Shown here piece by piece: positions 25,631 to 39,659 of a stretch of DNA of 64,000 bases. Location: the NCBI GenBank assembly GCA_036850965.1, contig JAZGQO010000009.1:353610-417609 (forward strand), written 5' to 3'. A program made the translations under genes and the position numbers. This DNA is from Patella caerulea. Taxonomy: Eukaryota. Position 1 is the stretch's first letter. Each line of letters starts with the position of its first letter. A model generated the notes under the pieces. That model saw only the letters and a program-made list of their open reading frames with translations. It did no database searches and was not told the origin of the DNA.

Positions 25631-26159
25631 TTTCAGAAAAATAACCAAGAATATCAAAGTTCTATATTTGAATTTAAAAAAAGGAGTTAATAAACTAATG
25701 TGCTGAATATAGCCGAGTGGGGTGATTCTAGATTTCATTTGATCTCATTTTTAAGAATTTATATCGTATTTGGACGCATCAAACACCCTAAGAAAATAAC
25801 ACTACTATAGCGTATTATACACTTAGAGATGCCAAAAAATTTCAATATATTCGTCACTGGTATTCAATCTGTTTTCATAGCGATGTTGTTATATGTACTG
25901 TAAATGGAATTAAAAAGTTGCACTATCAGTTCAAAACGGACATAATCAAAGAAAACTGAACACAGGGGAAATCAAAAGGTTTTTTTTTAGAAGAAAGATT
26001 CCATGTTTTCAGGAAGTATATTATCAAGACAAAAGGCTATAACCTTTGATTGATGGTTCTGTAGCTGATTGAAACCTCCCAAGAGGTTAAAGAATTTCAG
26101 AACTTGCTTTAAAATTCACGTTTTTGTTTTGTTTTTTTCTTGTTTTGCAGTTGCATGAA

Positions 26160-26795
26160 CTGGGGGCTTAACGTCCTACTTTGCGGCACCAATTTGGAAG
26201 CGGGTGCGCGAATAGAGTTTAACGTCCTTTAAGCACACACCAGGTCATTTCGAGGAGAAAACCGGTGGACCAAGGGGAACCCAGGGGGCTGGACAGGTGA
26301 CCATATGTACAAGGTGGTAATCTAAACCAGGCCACTTGACCTCAAGAGCAGACATGACGATCTTCAGTGCACGTGGTAAGCCATTCAGCCACCTAAGCCC
26401 CTAAGGCCATTTGGGTAATGAAGACTGCGGGCATACGTCATGATATGAATTGAATTTTGCCTACTTTACGTGTGGACCCCCAACAACTTATATTCTAGAT
26501 TCCGTTTGGCTAGTGGTCTAGAGTGCCGCGCTTCGACCTCTAGCTGGCCGGTCACCTCTGGCTTGCGGCTGTGGTTTCGAGCCCTGGTGTGAGCGTATGT
26601 GGCATGGAGATAGGGGCGCCTTCTCAACCTAGTAGGTTTCCTCCGGGTACTCCGATTTCCTACCACTGCTAAAGACCCCTACGCGCAAGCGAATTACTGA
26701 AATAAAATTAAACCATATGTTAGTCCCGAAATGACTTAGTTTGTGTTGAGTGGACGTTAAACCCCATTTCTCTCTCTCTCTCTCCATTTGCCTTG
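26160..26795 (+). mobile_element. composite element: family B 5' terminus (GGGGCTTAACGTCCTAC..., 26160), internal insertions, then a family A SINE (26505-26795) providing the matching inverted terminus
   Basis: 26160 GGGGGCTTAACGTCCTAC versus 26750 GTGGACGTTAAACCCC. Also shares GGTAATGAAGAC.GCGGGCATACGTCATGA with the 50887 element. Confidence 0.45.
26505..26795 (+). repeat. tRNA-derived SINE (family A): tRNA-like head with A and B boxes, then a body ending GAGTGGACGTTAAACCCCATTTC + (TC)n
   Basis: Head GGCTAGTGGTCTAGAGTGCCGCGCTTCGACCTCTAGCTGGCCGGTCACCTCTGGCTTGCGGCTGTGGTTTCGAGCCC (B-box GGTTTCGAGCC). Other copies at 32553-32830, 34043-34285(-), 46005-46265, 44693-44930, 43690-43865 and 40425-40700. 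Confidence 0.7.
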
Positions 26796-28039
26796 AATGT
26801 GTATTTTTGGAGTTTGGGACTCCAATGCCCTCTTTCGTGGCCCCTTGTCTTGTCCATTCCACAAAACACCATGGTCCTGACATTTTTAACACGTTTCGAA
26901 ATACTTATCTGCTTTGTCAACATATATGGAAGTTCAAACAATATCACCAATATAAAATAACGTAGACATCAAAGAGATCATGACCTTTTAGAATTGTAAG
27001 AAATTGTCAATTTTAATCAAATGATTTCGTCATCACGATTGATTAAAATGTCATTTTTTTTTATCGTTTTTATCTGACAAGATTTTAGCAAACCTATTTC
27101 CGTTCAATTTGAAATTACAAAAATCTTTTTGTTTCATTAATTCTTTTACAATCGTGTTTGGTTAATTCATGCATCAAAATTAAATGAAACGGCATTTGTT
27201 TTATAATGACTCTCATAATGACTGCAAAACATTAACAGTTACCTAATTGATTTTTGGTGTTTTTGTTTCCTCAAGTCGTTAAAGCGGAAAAATCTTTTAT
27301 GCATTGGACTTTGTTATTTATCGAAAAGTTTGTGTCTGATAGAAAATTAATCGAACGTAATTTTCTTTGGTTGTTCACGTTCTAGAATAATGATCAAAAG
27401 GACGGGAAGCTTTAAAGTTTTTTGTTCCGATATTTCACATGTGTTTGATAAAAACCAGACAAATTTGTTTATATTGAACAACTATAATCGAATAAAATTC
27501 GTATTGACATCGTTGTTTCGGAACATGATAAAGACATAGTCTGTTAGATGTCGTTCTTTTCTTGGTGCTTATTAACTTTTTGGTCCTGAAGGAGCTTAAA
27601 CTATTCTGTATTGATCAAAATACATTTTATGTAGGTTGAATTAAAGTGTAGTGGCGGAGGAACGGAAAAATGGGGCTGTGTGGGAGAGGGGGTGGGGGGG
27701 GTGCATGCTGACCCTGGCGGAATGGTTCGGGATTCATTGTATCTGAATGACACGGAGCGTGGCTTTCCATTACCATTTCCAGTTCGGGGCTTTACCCGTA
27801 CAATGTTGGGAAAACAGCTATTTACCGGAATTAAGGCACCCTTCGTAAATAGGTGCCACCCACGAGGGACTGTCCCTGTATCGATTGACAACATACCGAC
27901 AATTTGGAAGCGGGCAAACCAGCATTCTACAAACATGGTATTTCTATATATTGGGGAGTGAATGGCCAAGAAGAGGACTAATATTACCATCAGCAAGGTG
28001 AAGATGTATGTTGAGAATTTATAATAACATATAGTACAT

Positions 28040-28490
28040 CAGTTAAAACAGTGTTTATGTCCATGAAACGGTTTACGATTATCACTGTTAGGGTTATGGC
28101 CCTTGGTTTTGCCAGGGTTATGACCCTTGCTCACATTGAAACATCTTGTGCACACTCGTAAGAGACGCAAAGTGGTCAGTCGATTGTCTTTAAGATTATA
28201 TACAGTGTTTAAGCTCATGCAACAAAGAATTTTATTGATATTCAACCAATTAAGATACATGTACTGACATTGATTTAATTGTGGCCCTTGATCCCTTTGA
28301 AAAATCTTGTGAATGGTCTTAAGAGACCAAACTGATCATCAGATTTATACAGCAGTTTAAGTCATGAAACGGAGAATTCTATTAATTTTGAAATTTGTAG
28401 CCCTTGTAGTTCTGGAAAATCCCGTGGACTCCCTAACGACCACAGTTATTGTCCGCATAACTTTACATTTATATACCGTGTTTATGTTCT
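28040..28490. repeat. degenerate tandem repeat, about 140-bp unit, about 3 copies
   Basis: Recurrent GTTTAAG.CATG.AAC and GGCCCTTG...CTTGTG...GTCTTAAGAGAC motifs. Confidence 0.45.
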
Positions 28491-31400
28491 TGAGACGAAA
28501 ATGCAGCTTGATTTTCAGCGAGTCGTGATTGCTTTAGATCAGTTAAATTCATGATATTACATGTTTTGTATACTAAACCTTAGCATCAGGTCAGACGAGT
28601 TCTAATGATTTATGATAATTACTTAATGGGCATTATATACTCTTAATCAGATTTTAGTGTCTAGTACCAAATGCTTTAATTATAGTCAAAGATATTCGAC
28701 AACCCGTATGTTGTGTGTGTATGTTTAGTTGTTTGGCAACCTACCTTGATACTGGCAACCAATATACGCACGCTGAATTTTGTACCAAATTAAATCAAAT
28801 ATCAACCTTGTACACGCTAATATAACACACGATTCTAATATTACCATGCTGAAATGTCGCCGTGGACAGTGCCAGCAAAATATACTAAACAAACGAAACA
28901 AAACACGTATTAAGAATCTATCGATGAAGACTGTAAAAGTGGTTTTCTTGTGATTTTAGGGAACTAGCCACTAAAGATATAAACAAAATAACACCATCGT
29001 CAAATATCCCCCGGATCTGCACCTGAGCTCTTTCACATCCCAGTAAGTCGACCTTGTCTGGCTATTTTATCACAAAGATTCCAATATCACAGAAGACTGG
29101 TTTCTGCAAATTAGCCAGAAGTCCTTTAAATTACTAGCAGACGACATCGTTTATCTTAATTTAAAATGAACTTGTGACCATTATACAGCTGGCATCATGG
29201 CGGGTAATTTCCAACCTAATGTCGATCAGGAAAGAAATGGTGACTTTGTATACGGCTGCCTATTATAAAACTCTAATAGTCAATCCTCCGCTCTGATGAA
29301 ATGTTCAGCAATGAAAAGAAATGGGGTTTAACATCCTACTTTTTCACACCCACGTGATATCGTCCAGCCTGTACAATTGACAAAATAAAACCATCCCGAG
29401 GGATGTCCTCGGTCTGCGCCATACTGAATATTATCTCGTATGTAAGCCCAGATTTTCAAGTTCAAATTCAAAACAGTTACTCTATTTAGCTTCCAATATA
29501 GTGACATAGTTAAAGTTCCAATAGCATATTTTTAAGTTATATTTTTTAAATGTATTAAAATAAAGCCTTAAAATAGATTGTATCTATAAACAGTCCTACC
29601 TTGTTAAAGAATAATCCTATAATTCACTATTGCCAGTTTAGAAATTGGCAAAAATATCATTTTCAACTTCAAATTCAAACGTTTGAAGATGGCCGTCCAT
29701 TGAGAGGAATGGGAAAACAAGGGAGGTAATTGAGATACTATTTCCTCAATCAGTCTGTGTCAGCCATTTTAACGCCTATGAAATTTTGCCCATGATCGTA
29801 TAATAGGGAGTTGACAACCTTTTGAGCAAAAGACATAGAAATAATTATGTTTTGACTTTCTTAGAAAATATGAAATTGGAACTTTAATGCTTTTTCTTTC
29901 CAGAACAGATGATACTGGATTGTTATGGCGAACATTTCTGCTTGGTCTATTTTTTAATTTCTAATGAAACATACGTTTATTAAACATGCATTATGCAAGA
30001 GCAATATCTACCAATTACGGGTCTTTCTTGAGGCTTGAAATGTTATCTAAATTAACAATTAACTTATCCAGACCACAATGAACTCCCGATGTCAAAGCTA
30101 GCCTTCGATGTTAGCTGGATTGGATTCATATATGCCGCTGAACGGTAATTGAAATTAAATTAAAAAAAAATGAATAATCGAGATTATGCTGTTTATATTA
30201 ATGATTTTAGTAATGATGACCGAGAATAGGCAGAAATTTAACCCGCTTTGTTCTCGGCTCATAGTGGATTAATTTGACTGAAATTTTCAGCAAATTACCA
30301 TTACATTATCTAGTTTTTAACTTTTATAACGAGAACTGCCAACTCTTTATCTTATCTCCCATAATGTATCTTTAAATGTTACACACAGTTTGATGTGGGG
30401 ACCGGATGCGGCCCAGTGGGTTTGACAATATGTCGCAAGGTCACTAACCAGGCGGTTCAACATTCAAATTTTTTAAAATTTGCCAGCATTGTTTCTTCTT
30501 GTCTAGCAATGTGGTAAAAAGCGACGTACCAGTTATACCTACTCGAAATAAAAAAAAATAGGTGGTAGTGAAATATGGAAGGGTATCGCTGCCAATATTA
30601 AATGCTATGCTAAAATGTCTTTTCCGTTGATTATATGTAAAAAGTACAATGTACAAAGTCACTAACCCCGTAATGATAAAGTCAAAATACCTCTAAAGCC
30701 AAAGTTAAATGTGAAACGACAAAATGTAATGTGTCAAATGACAAATGTTTTAATGCAAAATGCTGTTCTTAGACATTTCTACATTTTACATTTTTCTCAT
30801 TACAAATCACATTTGCGCTCTGCCACATCTCATTTGTCATTCACGCTTTCTTTTTATCAACTTGCGCATAGCATCTTCTTAAATATCCAAATATAGTATG
30901 CCACGTGACTTATTAACATAAATACGGAAAAGACCGATCTTTCTTTAAATAAAAATATGAATAATTGTTCCAAAGGAAAGATATCTCAGTTAACGCGCCA
31001 TTAGTTGTTTTTCTTTTTAAATTATTTATATATGTTTGTGCTGGTAAAAGGAAAATATAACTTTTTGTTGAATCTAAAAATATGAGCATCCTGACCAATT
31101 TCCTCCCCGAATTAGTAAACATTTATTGATGTTTGTGAAAGGTTTAAAGTAGCTAAGTCTCTAACTCAATGTCATCCAAAATCTTCAACATCGAAAACAC
31201 GAATTATTTGTCAATTTAAATCAACAATTCATGGCCGTGATCTTACCGGAAAAAGATGGACTTCTGATATCCAATATTTAAGACACAATACAAATTTTAC
31301 CATTGGTACACGAATCGTATACAATAAAGCGTTTCAAACCAAGTTCGAGGAAAGAGGCTAGAAACAAATCAAACGGCGTGTGTAGACTGGAATAACCAGA

Positions 31401-32552
31401 CGCTAGAAATTTGCATTCGATTGAGACTACTGACTTATTTCGCTGAACATAACTTTGAAATAAGAGTAAAAACGGAAACCATTGAATTTAAATCAGTTTA
31501 TATACATTCATGTTACATTATTATATGCGTTGCGACTCTCTTATGTCAATTTGTAGGTCCCAAATCAAATGTTAGCGATTTAGCTCCTTTAAACTAATCG
31601 CAATTTTGAAAAATAATTAATGACACTTAACAGGAACAGGATAATGAAAGGACGGAGAAGCCAGGGAATTTTTTTATCCGTTGTGATTGTCATAATATAG
31701 ACCTCGACAATATTTACTTATTAGGCCTATACATGTATTAATTTTTCACTTACCTGTGTTATGTATAATACGGTATCAATAATTATATTATAAATGTGTG
31801 AGAGAGAGAAATGGGGTTTAACGTCCACTCGACACAAACTAGGTCATTTCGTATGGAAGGGTATCGCTGCCAATATTAAATGCTCTGCTAAAATGTCTTT
31901 TCCATTGATTATATGTAAAAAGTACAATGTACAAAGTCACAATACCGGTAATGATAAAGTCAAAATACCTCTAAGGACAAAGTTAAATGTAAAACGACAA
32001 AGTAATGTGTCAAATGACAAATGTTTTAATGCAGAATGCTGTTCTTTGACATTTCTACATTTTACATTTCTCTCATAACAAATCACATTTGCGCTCTGCA
32101 ACATCTCATTTGTCATTCACGCTTTCTTTTCATCAACTTGCGCATAGCATCTTCTTAAATATCCAAATATAGTATGCCACGTGACTTATTAACATATATA
32201 CGGAAACATCCGATCTTTCTTGAAATAAGAATATGAATTATTTCTCCCAGTTAACGTGCTGCCATTCTTCAGTTGACTTCATGCCATTCATGGGTTCTTT
32301 AGCTAACAATTGAGTTGACCTCAGTTGTTTGTCCCGTACTAGGAGAAACCTTCTCGGCCAATACAGGTCGAGCCGTAAGCCCAAATGGTTTCATGCGTGT
32401 AGAATCTCTTATCATTATTCCACTTTCTAATATTTTGTTTTCGTAAGATTATATAAAATGAAGGAGGTCAAAGACAAAATATAGTACTGCGGCTGTGCCA
32501 CTATGGACATACAGATCATATATATTCATACATTTATAATGGGGGGGGGGGT

Positions 32553-32830
32553 GGAATGGCCTAGTGGTCTAGAGTGCCGCGCTTCGACCTCTAGCTTGCC
32601 GGTCACCTATGGCTTGCGGCTGTGGTTTCGATCCCTGGTGTGAGCGTATGTGGCATGGAGATAGGGCGCCTTCTCAACCTCGTGGGTTTCCTCCGGGCAC
32701 TCCGGTTTCCTTCCACTGCTAAAGACCCCTACGCGCATGCGAATTATTGAAATAAAAATAAAACATGTTAGTCCCGAAATGACCTAGTTTGTGTCGAGTG
32801 GACGTTAAACCCCATTTCTCTCTCTCACAC
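32553..32830 (+). repeat. SINE family A copy (complete), at the centre of the 30574-34990 duplication block
   Basis: Same head, body and tail as 26505-26795; preceded by a G11 tract. Confidence 0.7.
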
Positions 32831-34042
32831 ATTTATAATATAATTATTGATACCGTATTATACATAACACAGGTAAGTGAAAAATTAATACATGTATAGG
32901 CCTAATAAGTAAATATTGTCGAGGTCTATATTATGACAATCACAACGGATAAAAAAATTCCCTGGCTTCTCCGTCCTTTCATTATCCTGTTCCTGTTAAG
33001 TGTCATTAATTATTTTTCAAAATTGCGATTAGTTTAAAGGAGCTAAATCGCTAACATTTGATTTGGGACCTACAAATTGACATAAGAGAGTCGCAACGCA
33101 TATAATAATGTAACATGAATGTATATAAACTGATTTAAATTCAATGGTTTCCGTTTTTACTCTTATTTCAAAGTTATGTTCAGCGAAATAAGTCAGTAGT
33201 CTCAATCGAATGCAAATTTCTAGCGTCTGGTTATTCCAGTCTACACACGCCGTTTGATTTGTTTCTAGCCTCTTTCCTCGAACTTGGTTTGAAACGCTTT
33301 ATTGTATACGATTCGTGTACCAATGGTAAAATTTGTATTGTGTCTTAAATATTGGATATCAGAAGTCCATCTTTTTCCGGTAAGATCACGGCCATGAATT
33401 GTTGATTTAAATTGACAAATAATTCGTGTTTTCGATGTTGAAGATTTTGGATGACATTGAGTTAGAGACTTAGCTACTTTAAACCTTTCACAAACATCAA
33501 TAAATGTTTACTAATTCGGGGAGGAAATTGGTCAGGATGCTCATATTTTTAGATTCAACAAAAAGTTATATTTTCCTTTTACCAGCACAAACATATATAA
33601 ATAATTTAAAAAGAAAAACAACTAATGGCGCGTTAACTGAGATATCTTTCCTTTGGAACAATTATTCATATTTTTATTTAAAGAAAGATCGGTCTTTTCC
33701 GTATTTATGTTAATAAGTCACGTGGCATACTATATTTGGATATTTAAGAAGATGCTATGCGCAAGTTGATAAAAAGAAAGCGTGAATGACAAATGAGATG
33801 TGGCAGAGCGCAAATGTGATTTGTAATGAGAAAAATGTAAAATGTAGAAATGTCTAAGAACAGCATTTTGCATTAAAACATTTGTCATTTGACACATTAC
33901 ATTTTGTCGTTTCACATTTAACTTTGGCTTTAGAGGTATTTTGACTTTATCATTACGGGGTTAGTGACTTTGTACATTGTACTTTTTACATATAATCAAC
34001 GGAAAAGACATTTTAGCATAGCATTTAATATTGGCAGCGATA

Positions 34043-34285
34043 CCCTTCCATAATTTCGGGACTAACATGTTTTATTTTTATTTCAATAATTCGCATGCGC
34101 GTAGGGGTCTTTAGCAGTGGAAGGAAACCGGAGTGCCCGGAGGAAACCCACGAGGTTGAGAAGGCGCCCTATCTCCATGCCACATACGCTCACACCAGGG
34201 ATCGAAACCACAGCCGCAAGCCATAGGTGACCGGCAAGCTAGAGGTCGAAGCGCGGCACTCTAGACCACTAGGCCATTCCACCCC
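34043..34285 (-). repeat. SINE family A copy, tail-truncated at the duplication junction
   Basis: Reverse complement of 32553-32775; followed by a C11 tract. Confidence 0.65.
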
Positions 34286-37084
34286 CCCCCCCATTATAAA
34301 TGTATGAATATATATGATCTGTATGTCCATAGTGGCACAGCCGCAGTACTATATTTTGTCTTTGACCTCCTTCATTTTATATAATCTTACGAAAACAAAA
34401 TATTAGAAAGTGGAATAATGATAAGAGATTCTACACGCATGAAACCATTTGGGCTTACGGCTCGACCTGTATTGGCCGAGAAGGTTTCTCCTAGTACGGG
34501 ACAAACAACTGAGGTCAACTCAATTGTTAGCTAAAGAACCCATGAATGGCATGAAGTCAACTGAAGAATGGCAGCACGTTAACTGGGAGAAATAATTCAT
34601 ATTCTTATTTCAAGAAAGATCGGATGTTTCCGTATATATGTTAATAAGTCACGTGGCATACTATATTTGGATATTTAAGAAGATGCTATGCGCAAGTTGA
34701 TGAAAAGAAAGCGTGAATGACAAATGAGATGTTGCAGAGCGCAAATGTGATTTGTTATGAGAGAAATGTAAAATGTAGAAATGTCAAAGAACAGCATTCT
34801 GCATTAAAACATTTGTCATTTGACACATTACTTTGTCGTTTTACATTTAACTTTGTCCTTAGAGGTATTTTGACTTTATCATTACCGGTATTGTGACTTT
34901 GTACATTGTACTTTTTACATATAATCAATGGAAAAGACATTTTAGCAGAGCATTTAATATTGGCAGCGATACCCTTCCATAGTGAAAAGCTGTCCAACAT
35001 TTGACTCATAGCACAATGTATGGCGTAGCCTATGGGCGTCTTCATTTGCCCTGTTTGATATACAGCTTATCCAAACAACAACATTATAAAACAAATTAAT
35101 TGGAGGTCTTATTTCAAGCGCTGGCGATCTAACGATCATATTACCCAGCATCAGAAGAAACAAATTCAAAACACTGTCTTTAAACCTGTTCCGCAACGGT
35201 GAGAAGAAGACGAAAATTCGTTTAATTACAGATTTTCTCAACACGAAATTATCTGATCCTTTTTTCACATCAAAAGCTTGTGAAATCTCTGACAAAAAAA
35301 GGTTAAAAGCCTGATCATTATTCCAGAAAGTGAATACTAGAGAAAATTACTCAAGTTAAGTTCGATTCTTCCTCTAATCAGACTCAACTTTCACGATACA
35401 CAAAAACGCTTGGAGCATAAAAGATGCTTCGTTCCACTTCACGATTAGCATAACACCCACTTTCAATTAAATACCGGGTTTTTTTTTTGCAACTCCGACA
35501 CAAAATAACAATTTTTAATTACTTTTGTTGCATGGATTAACAAAACACTTTAAATATTTTGCAGAAACGAACAGAGACAAAAGATAAAATGTTCTCTTGA
35601 TTTATCTAAAGTCAAACGGTATTGAATTCGCTAGATCTTGCCAGACCAAAAGACAAAAAGTTGACGTTAAAACAGAGTCGAAGAAAAAATCTGTTTTAAA
35701 ACAAAGTAAAGCTTTGATGGACCATTTGAATAAAATCAATATGTTCTATTTGCTTTAACCTATAGCATGAAAGTCTAGTTGATTTGTGCTGATCTCAGTT
35801 TGTAACGTGTGCTCTATATGCATTACACCAGGCAAATCCACCCCATCCCAAGTATAGGACAGTTGAAGGGTTTTTTTTTTCATATACCTCCAACAAACAC
35901 CCGTAATCATGCCCATTTTCTCCAAATTGTACTCGTATGCTGTTGTTTGTGAAGACAAGCTTCATCCTCCCTTTGCACTTATTATTTGAAATATTAACCA
36001 CATAATTTCATGTCTGGCGTCATTATTTGTATTCAGACAGACAGAATCCAATTCCTAAATTTATTAATACTCTTTCGAAACACTGCATACCGCAAGCAAT
36101 TATTTCATTGAATGTCTTCGGAAGAATCAGAAATTCAATAGCAAATTTTTTAAATGACAAAACATGAAACATGAAATCAGCCTACTCGGCACCATCGAGC
36201 ATATCAATTTGATTTTTTTTTTCAGTTCAAAGATATAAAATCGATGTGTTTGGCAACTTATATACAGGCAACAATCTGGATGTTGAAAATGAAGTCTGCG
36301 TCATGTTCATTTGAAGGTAAACATGTTCTGATGTTTAATAAAGGTCAAAGAATAAAATTGGCCGGATATTGCAATACCGGAGTCTCTACTCAGATAAAGA
36401 GCTATTTGTCTGAAAGTCTAACATCACGATATAACATAAAACCAAACTGATTTAAGTGAAGGCTTTGCATTAAGAATAAAAAAAGCTATCCGCTGCATCC
36501 ATAGAGGTTTTATATTCCACCACTTAAAACTTCTTATACTGACTTTAAGTCATTCCTAAAATCTTTAACATATCTCAATTATATCTTAATTGTGACATTT
36601 ATTGAATAACAAATACTGGTTTATGAACATGCAACGTTTCAACAATGGTACTCGCATTTGCTTGATACAGGCGAAAGTACCATCGTCGACACTTTGCATG
36701 TTAATAAATCAATATTTGTTACTTGATAAATGTTTTTAGTGTGGACTCTCAGTCATATTTTATTTTAGCATTTGGTCCGCTACTTGGTAAAAAATTATTC
36801 AATAAAGTTTCAAACACTTGAACGTGTCCATTTCACAAATAATTATATTTGGTTCGACAGCATCGGCTCTATTGTAAAGTGGTAGGCAGACATCATTGGT
36901 ATACAAAAAAGTGTTTTTATTTCAGTTTATGGATACTATTTCACGATAAACTGTAGTAAAGATTAGATTTTTATTATGTAACAGAAATATAAAACCAAGT
37001 AAATGTTGGAAAGTGGTGATTTATTAGATCGCTAGACTTTGAGTTTTTATACGTCCACATTCATAATGTGAACGTATTATGCCG

Positions 37085-38760
37085 TCGCCCCTGTCTGTGT
37101 GTGAGTGTGTGTGTGTATGTATGTATGTGTGTGTGTGTGTGTGTCTGTGGTTCGCCTACAGGGCGCAATTCTTCATGGATTTTCTTCAAACTTGGTATAC
37201 TTATTCCTTATACCCCAAGGAAGATCCCTATTGTTTTTGGGGCATGCCCGACCCCCAGGGGCCGAGCCACGCCCATTTCTAGTATTTGTTTGTTTGTCGT
37301 CTACAGGCCACATTTCTTAACTTATAATCTTGAAACTTTGCATACACATTCTTTGTACCCTAAGGAACATCCCTATCGTTTGGGGTGTATGCCCCACCCC
37401 CAGGGGCAGAGCCACGCCCATTTTCTTTTCGTGTGTCTTTGTGTCGCCTACAGGGCGCAATTCTTACTGGATTTTCTTCAAACTTGGTATACGTATTCTT
37501 TATACCCTAAGGAAGATCTCTATTGTTTTTGGTGCATGCCCGACCCCCAGGGACAGAGCCACGCCCATTTCTAGTATGTATTTGTTTGTCGTCTACAGGC
37601 CACATTTCTTAACTTATAATTTTGAAACTTAGCATACACATTCTTTGTACCCTAAGGAATATCCCTATCATTTGGGGTGCATGCCCAACCCCCTGGGGCA
37701 GAGCAACACCCATTTTCTTATCGTGTGTCTTTGTGTCGCCTACAGGCCACAATTCTTATTGGATTTTCTTTAAAACTTTGTATACTTACTCTTTATACTC
37801 TAAGGATGATCCCTATCGTTTGGGGTGCATGCCCAACCCCCCAGGGGCAGAGCCACGCCCATTTTCTTTTTGTGTGTCTCTGTGTCGCCTAGAAGCCGCA
37901 ATTCTAACTGTATTTTCTTAAAACTTTGTATACTTACCCTAAGGATGATCCGTATTGTTTTTTGGTGCATGCCCGACCCCCAATGGCAGAGCCACGCCCA
38001 TTCCTTGTATTTATTTGTTTGTCGTCTACAAGCCACATTTCTTAACGTATCATCTTGAAACTTTGAATGATTATTCTTTGTACCCTAAGGAACATTTCTA
38101 TCATTTGGGGTGCATGCCCAACCCCCAGGGGCAGAGTCACGCCCATTTTCTTTTTGTGTGTCGCCTACAGGCCATAATTCTTAATCGGTCATCTTGAAAC
38201 TTAAAATACTTATTCCTTATACCCTAAGGATGACCCCTTTTGTTTTGGGTGCATGCCCGACCCCCATGGGACAGCAACACCCATTTCGTGTATTTGTTTG
38301 TCTGTCGTCTACAGGCTGCATAAAGATGACCCCTATTGTTTTTGGTGATTTCCTAACCCCCAGGGGCAGAGTCATGCCCATTTTTACTTCGTGTCTATGT
38401 GTGTTGTCTACAGGCCACGATTCTTAATGGATCGTCTTTAAACTTGGGATATGTATTCCATATAGCCTAAGGACGTCAACTGCATGTCCCGACTCACACA
38501 GGCAAGACACGACCAATTTTTATGTTTGTCGTTTACAGGCCGCAATTCTGAATGAATCAGCTTGGTACTTTGTTTATGTATTCCTTATAGCCTGAGGGCG
38601 TCCACTATTGATTTTGATGAATGTCCCGACCCCCAGGGACAGAGCCACGCCCACTTTTTGCCTTTAGTATTAGGAAGGCACAATTCTGAATGGATTATCT
38701 TGGTATAGTTATTCCTTATACTCTAAGGACGGCAACTATTAATGTTGGTGCACGACCCTC
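37085..38760. repeat. satellite, about 146-bp monomer in two alternating subvariants (about 292-bp higher-order unit), about 11 monomers, with a (GT)n microsatellite at 37090-37150 at its 5' edge
   Basis: Recurrent ...GTCGCCTACAGGGCGCAATTCTTA.TGGATTTTCTTCAAACTTGGTATAC.TATTC.TTATACCC.AAGGAAGATC.CTATTGTTTTTGG.GCATGCCCGACCCCCAGGG.CAGAGCCACGCCCATTT. ORFs in all frames here (37068-38427) are repeat artefacts. Confidence 0.9.
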
Positions 38761-38929
38761 AACGCTAAACAAACCAAACGCCTAGCCTTCTTGACAAAGT
38801 ACCATATCAGTCAAAGCAGGAATGTGGACGTATATTGTAGCGTTAGCGTTATGTTTATTAAATTTTGTGAGTTATTTGACGTTATTATAAACCTCTACCA
38901 TTTATAGACGCTAGATCTTAATTAATCAC

Positions 38930-39400
38930 ATAAAATGTAATATTTACTCTCTAATCTTTCTGGAATAGACAAGTTTGAATCGTTTGAAAAAAATAAAAAT
39001 ACAATAGAGCTTATTGCCAATTTCTAAAATAAATGTTACAGATTTTCTTTTCTCGTTCAATAAATGGTATAGTGGAATCAAAAAAGTAATCTAAGAGTAT
39101 CTGTTGATGCAAGTAAGTTTTAATTATACTATTTAGAAACGTAAAGAGATCGTCTATTTAAAAAGATTGGAAATTCCTGGAAACCACGAGAACCCAACGA
39201 GTAGGCCGCCTGCTCATTATCCAGGGTCCAGTTTCTGGAAAATTCTTAAGCACGTTCTCGGTTATTTTCTTTTAAAGCTCTGGCTAGAGCCAGTGCGTTA
39301 TTGTTCAGAACTGACGAGAGCCCCACAAATAAAAACAGATGAAGGGTATGACGTAAAACTCCATTTCATTTTATTCAACTCAAACTTTTGGCCGATGAGT
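38930..39400 (+). repeat. family C SINE-like repeat, + orientation copy
   Basis: Reverse-complement match to 23110-23590. A related 5' portion is duplicated at 39600-39700. Confidence 0.55.
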
Positions 39401-39659
39401 TATTTGATGAACATGACAACCATACCCTGACAAGCTTATAAAGCCATAATTTATTCTCGTGGCCAGTTTGTAAATTAAAAAAACAACAACCAAAAAAAAA
39501 ACAACAAGAATCTTAATCCTTCGTATTTCTCCGAATATTAATCCCGAATTTACTTTTATGGTGTCCGTAACCCACTTCCCCGCGTGACTCATGGCCTGGT
39601 ATAATGCTAGGTTGCCATTATCATTTCTAAAATAAATGTTATCTTTTTTTTCCTATTTC

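Larger units (their letters stand above)
30574..34990. repeat. 4.4-kb duplication block of about 1.0-1.3-kb units in the order X(+) X'(+) X(-) X'(-), with a family A SINE at the centre (32553-32830) and matching junctions TATGGAAGGGTATCGCTGCC
   Basis: ORF 30711-30896(+) is 100% identical in translation to 33730-33915(-); 30913-31122(-) to 33504-33713(+); 31794-32078(+) to 34755-35045(-). X and X' are about 90% similar paralogous units. Confidence 0.85.

Noticed and set aside
26505-26585. tRNA-like sequences (A/B boxes) at SINE heads; also 32553-32640, 46005-46090 and 51030-51060
   Set aside because: No complementary acceptor stem or CCA-proximal 3' half. They continue into long non-tRNA bodies with the conserved SINE tail. 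These are pol III promoter heads of SINEs, not tRNA genes.
37068-38427. Cluster of overlapping 67-168-aa ORFs in several frames (Cys-rich, MCVCVCV...)
   Set aside because: They lie entirely within the (GT)n plus 146-bp satellite array. Periodicity of the DNA, not selection, produces the open frames and the repeated peptide motifs.
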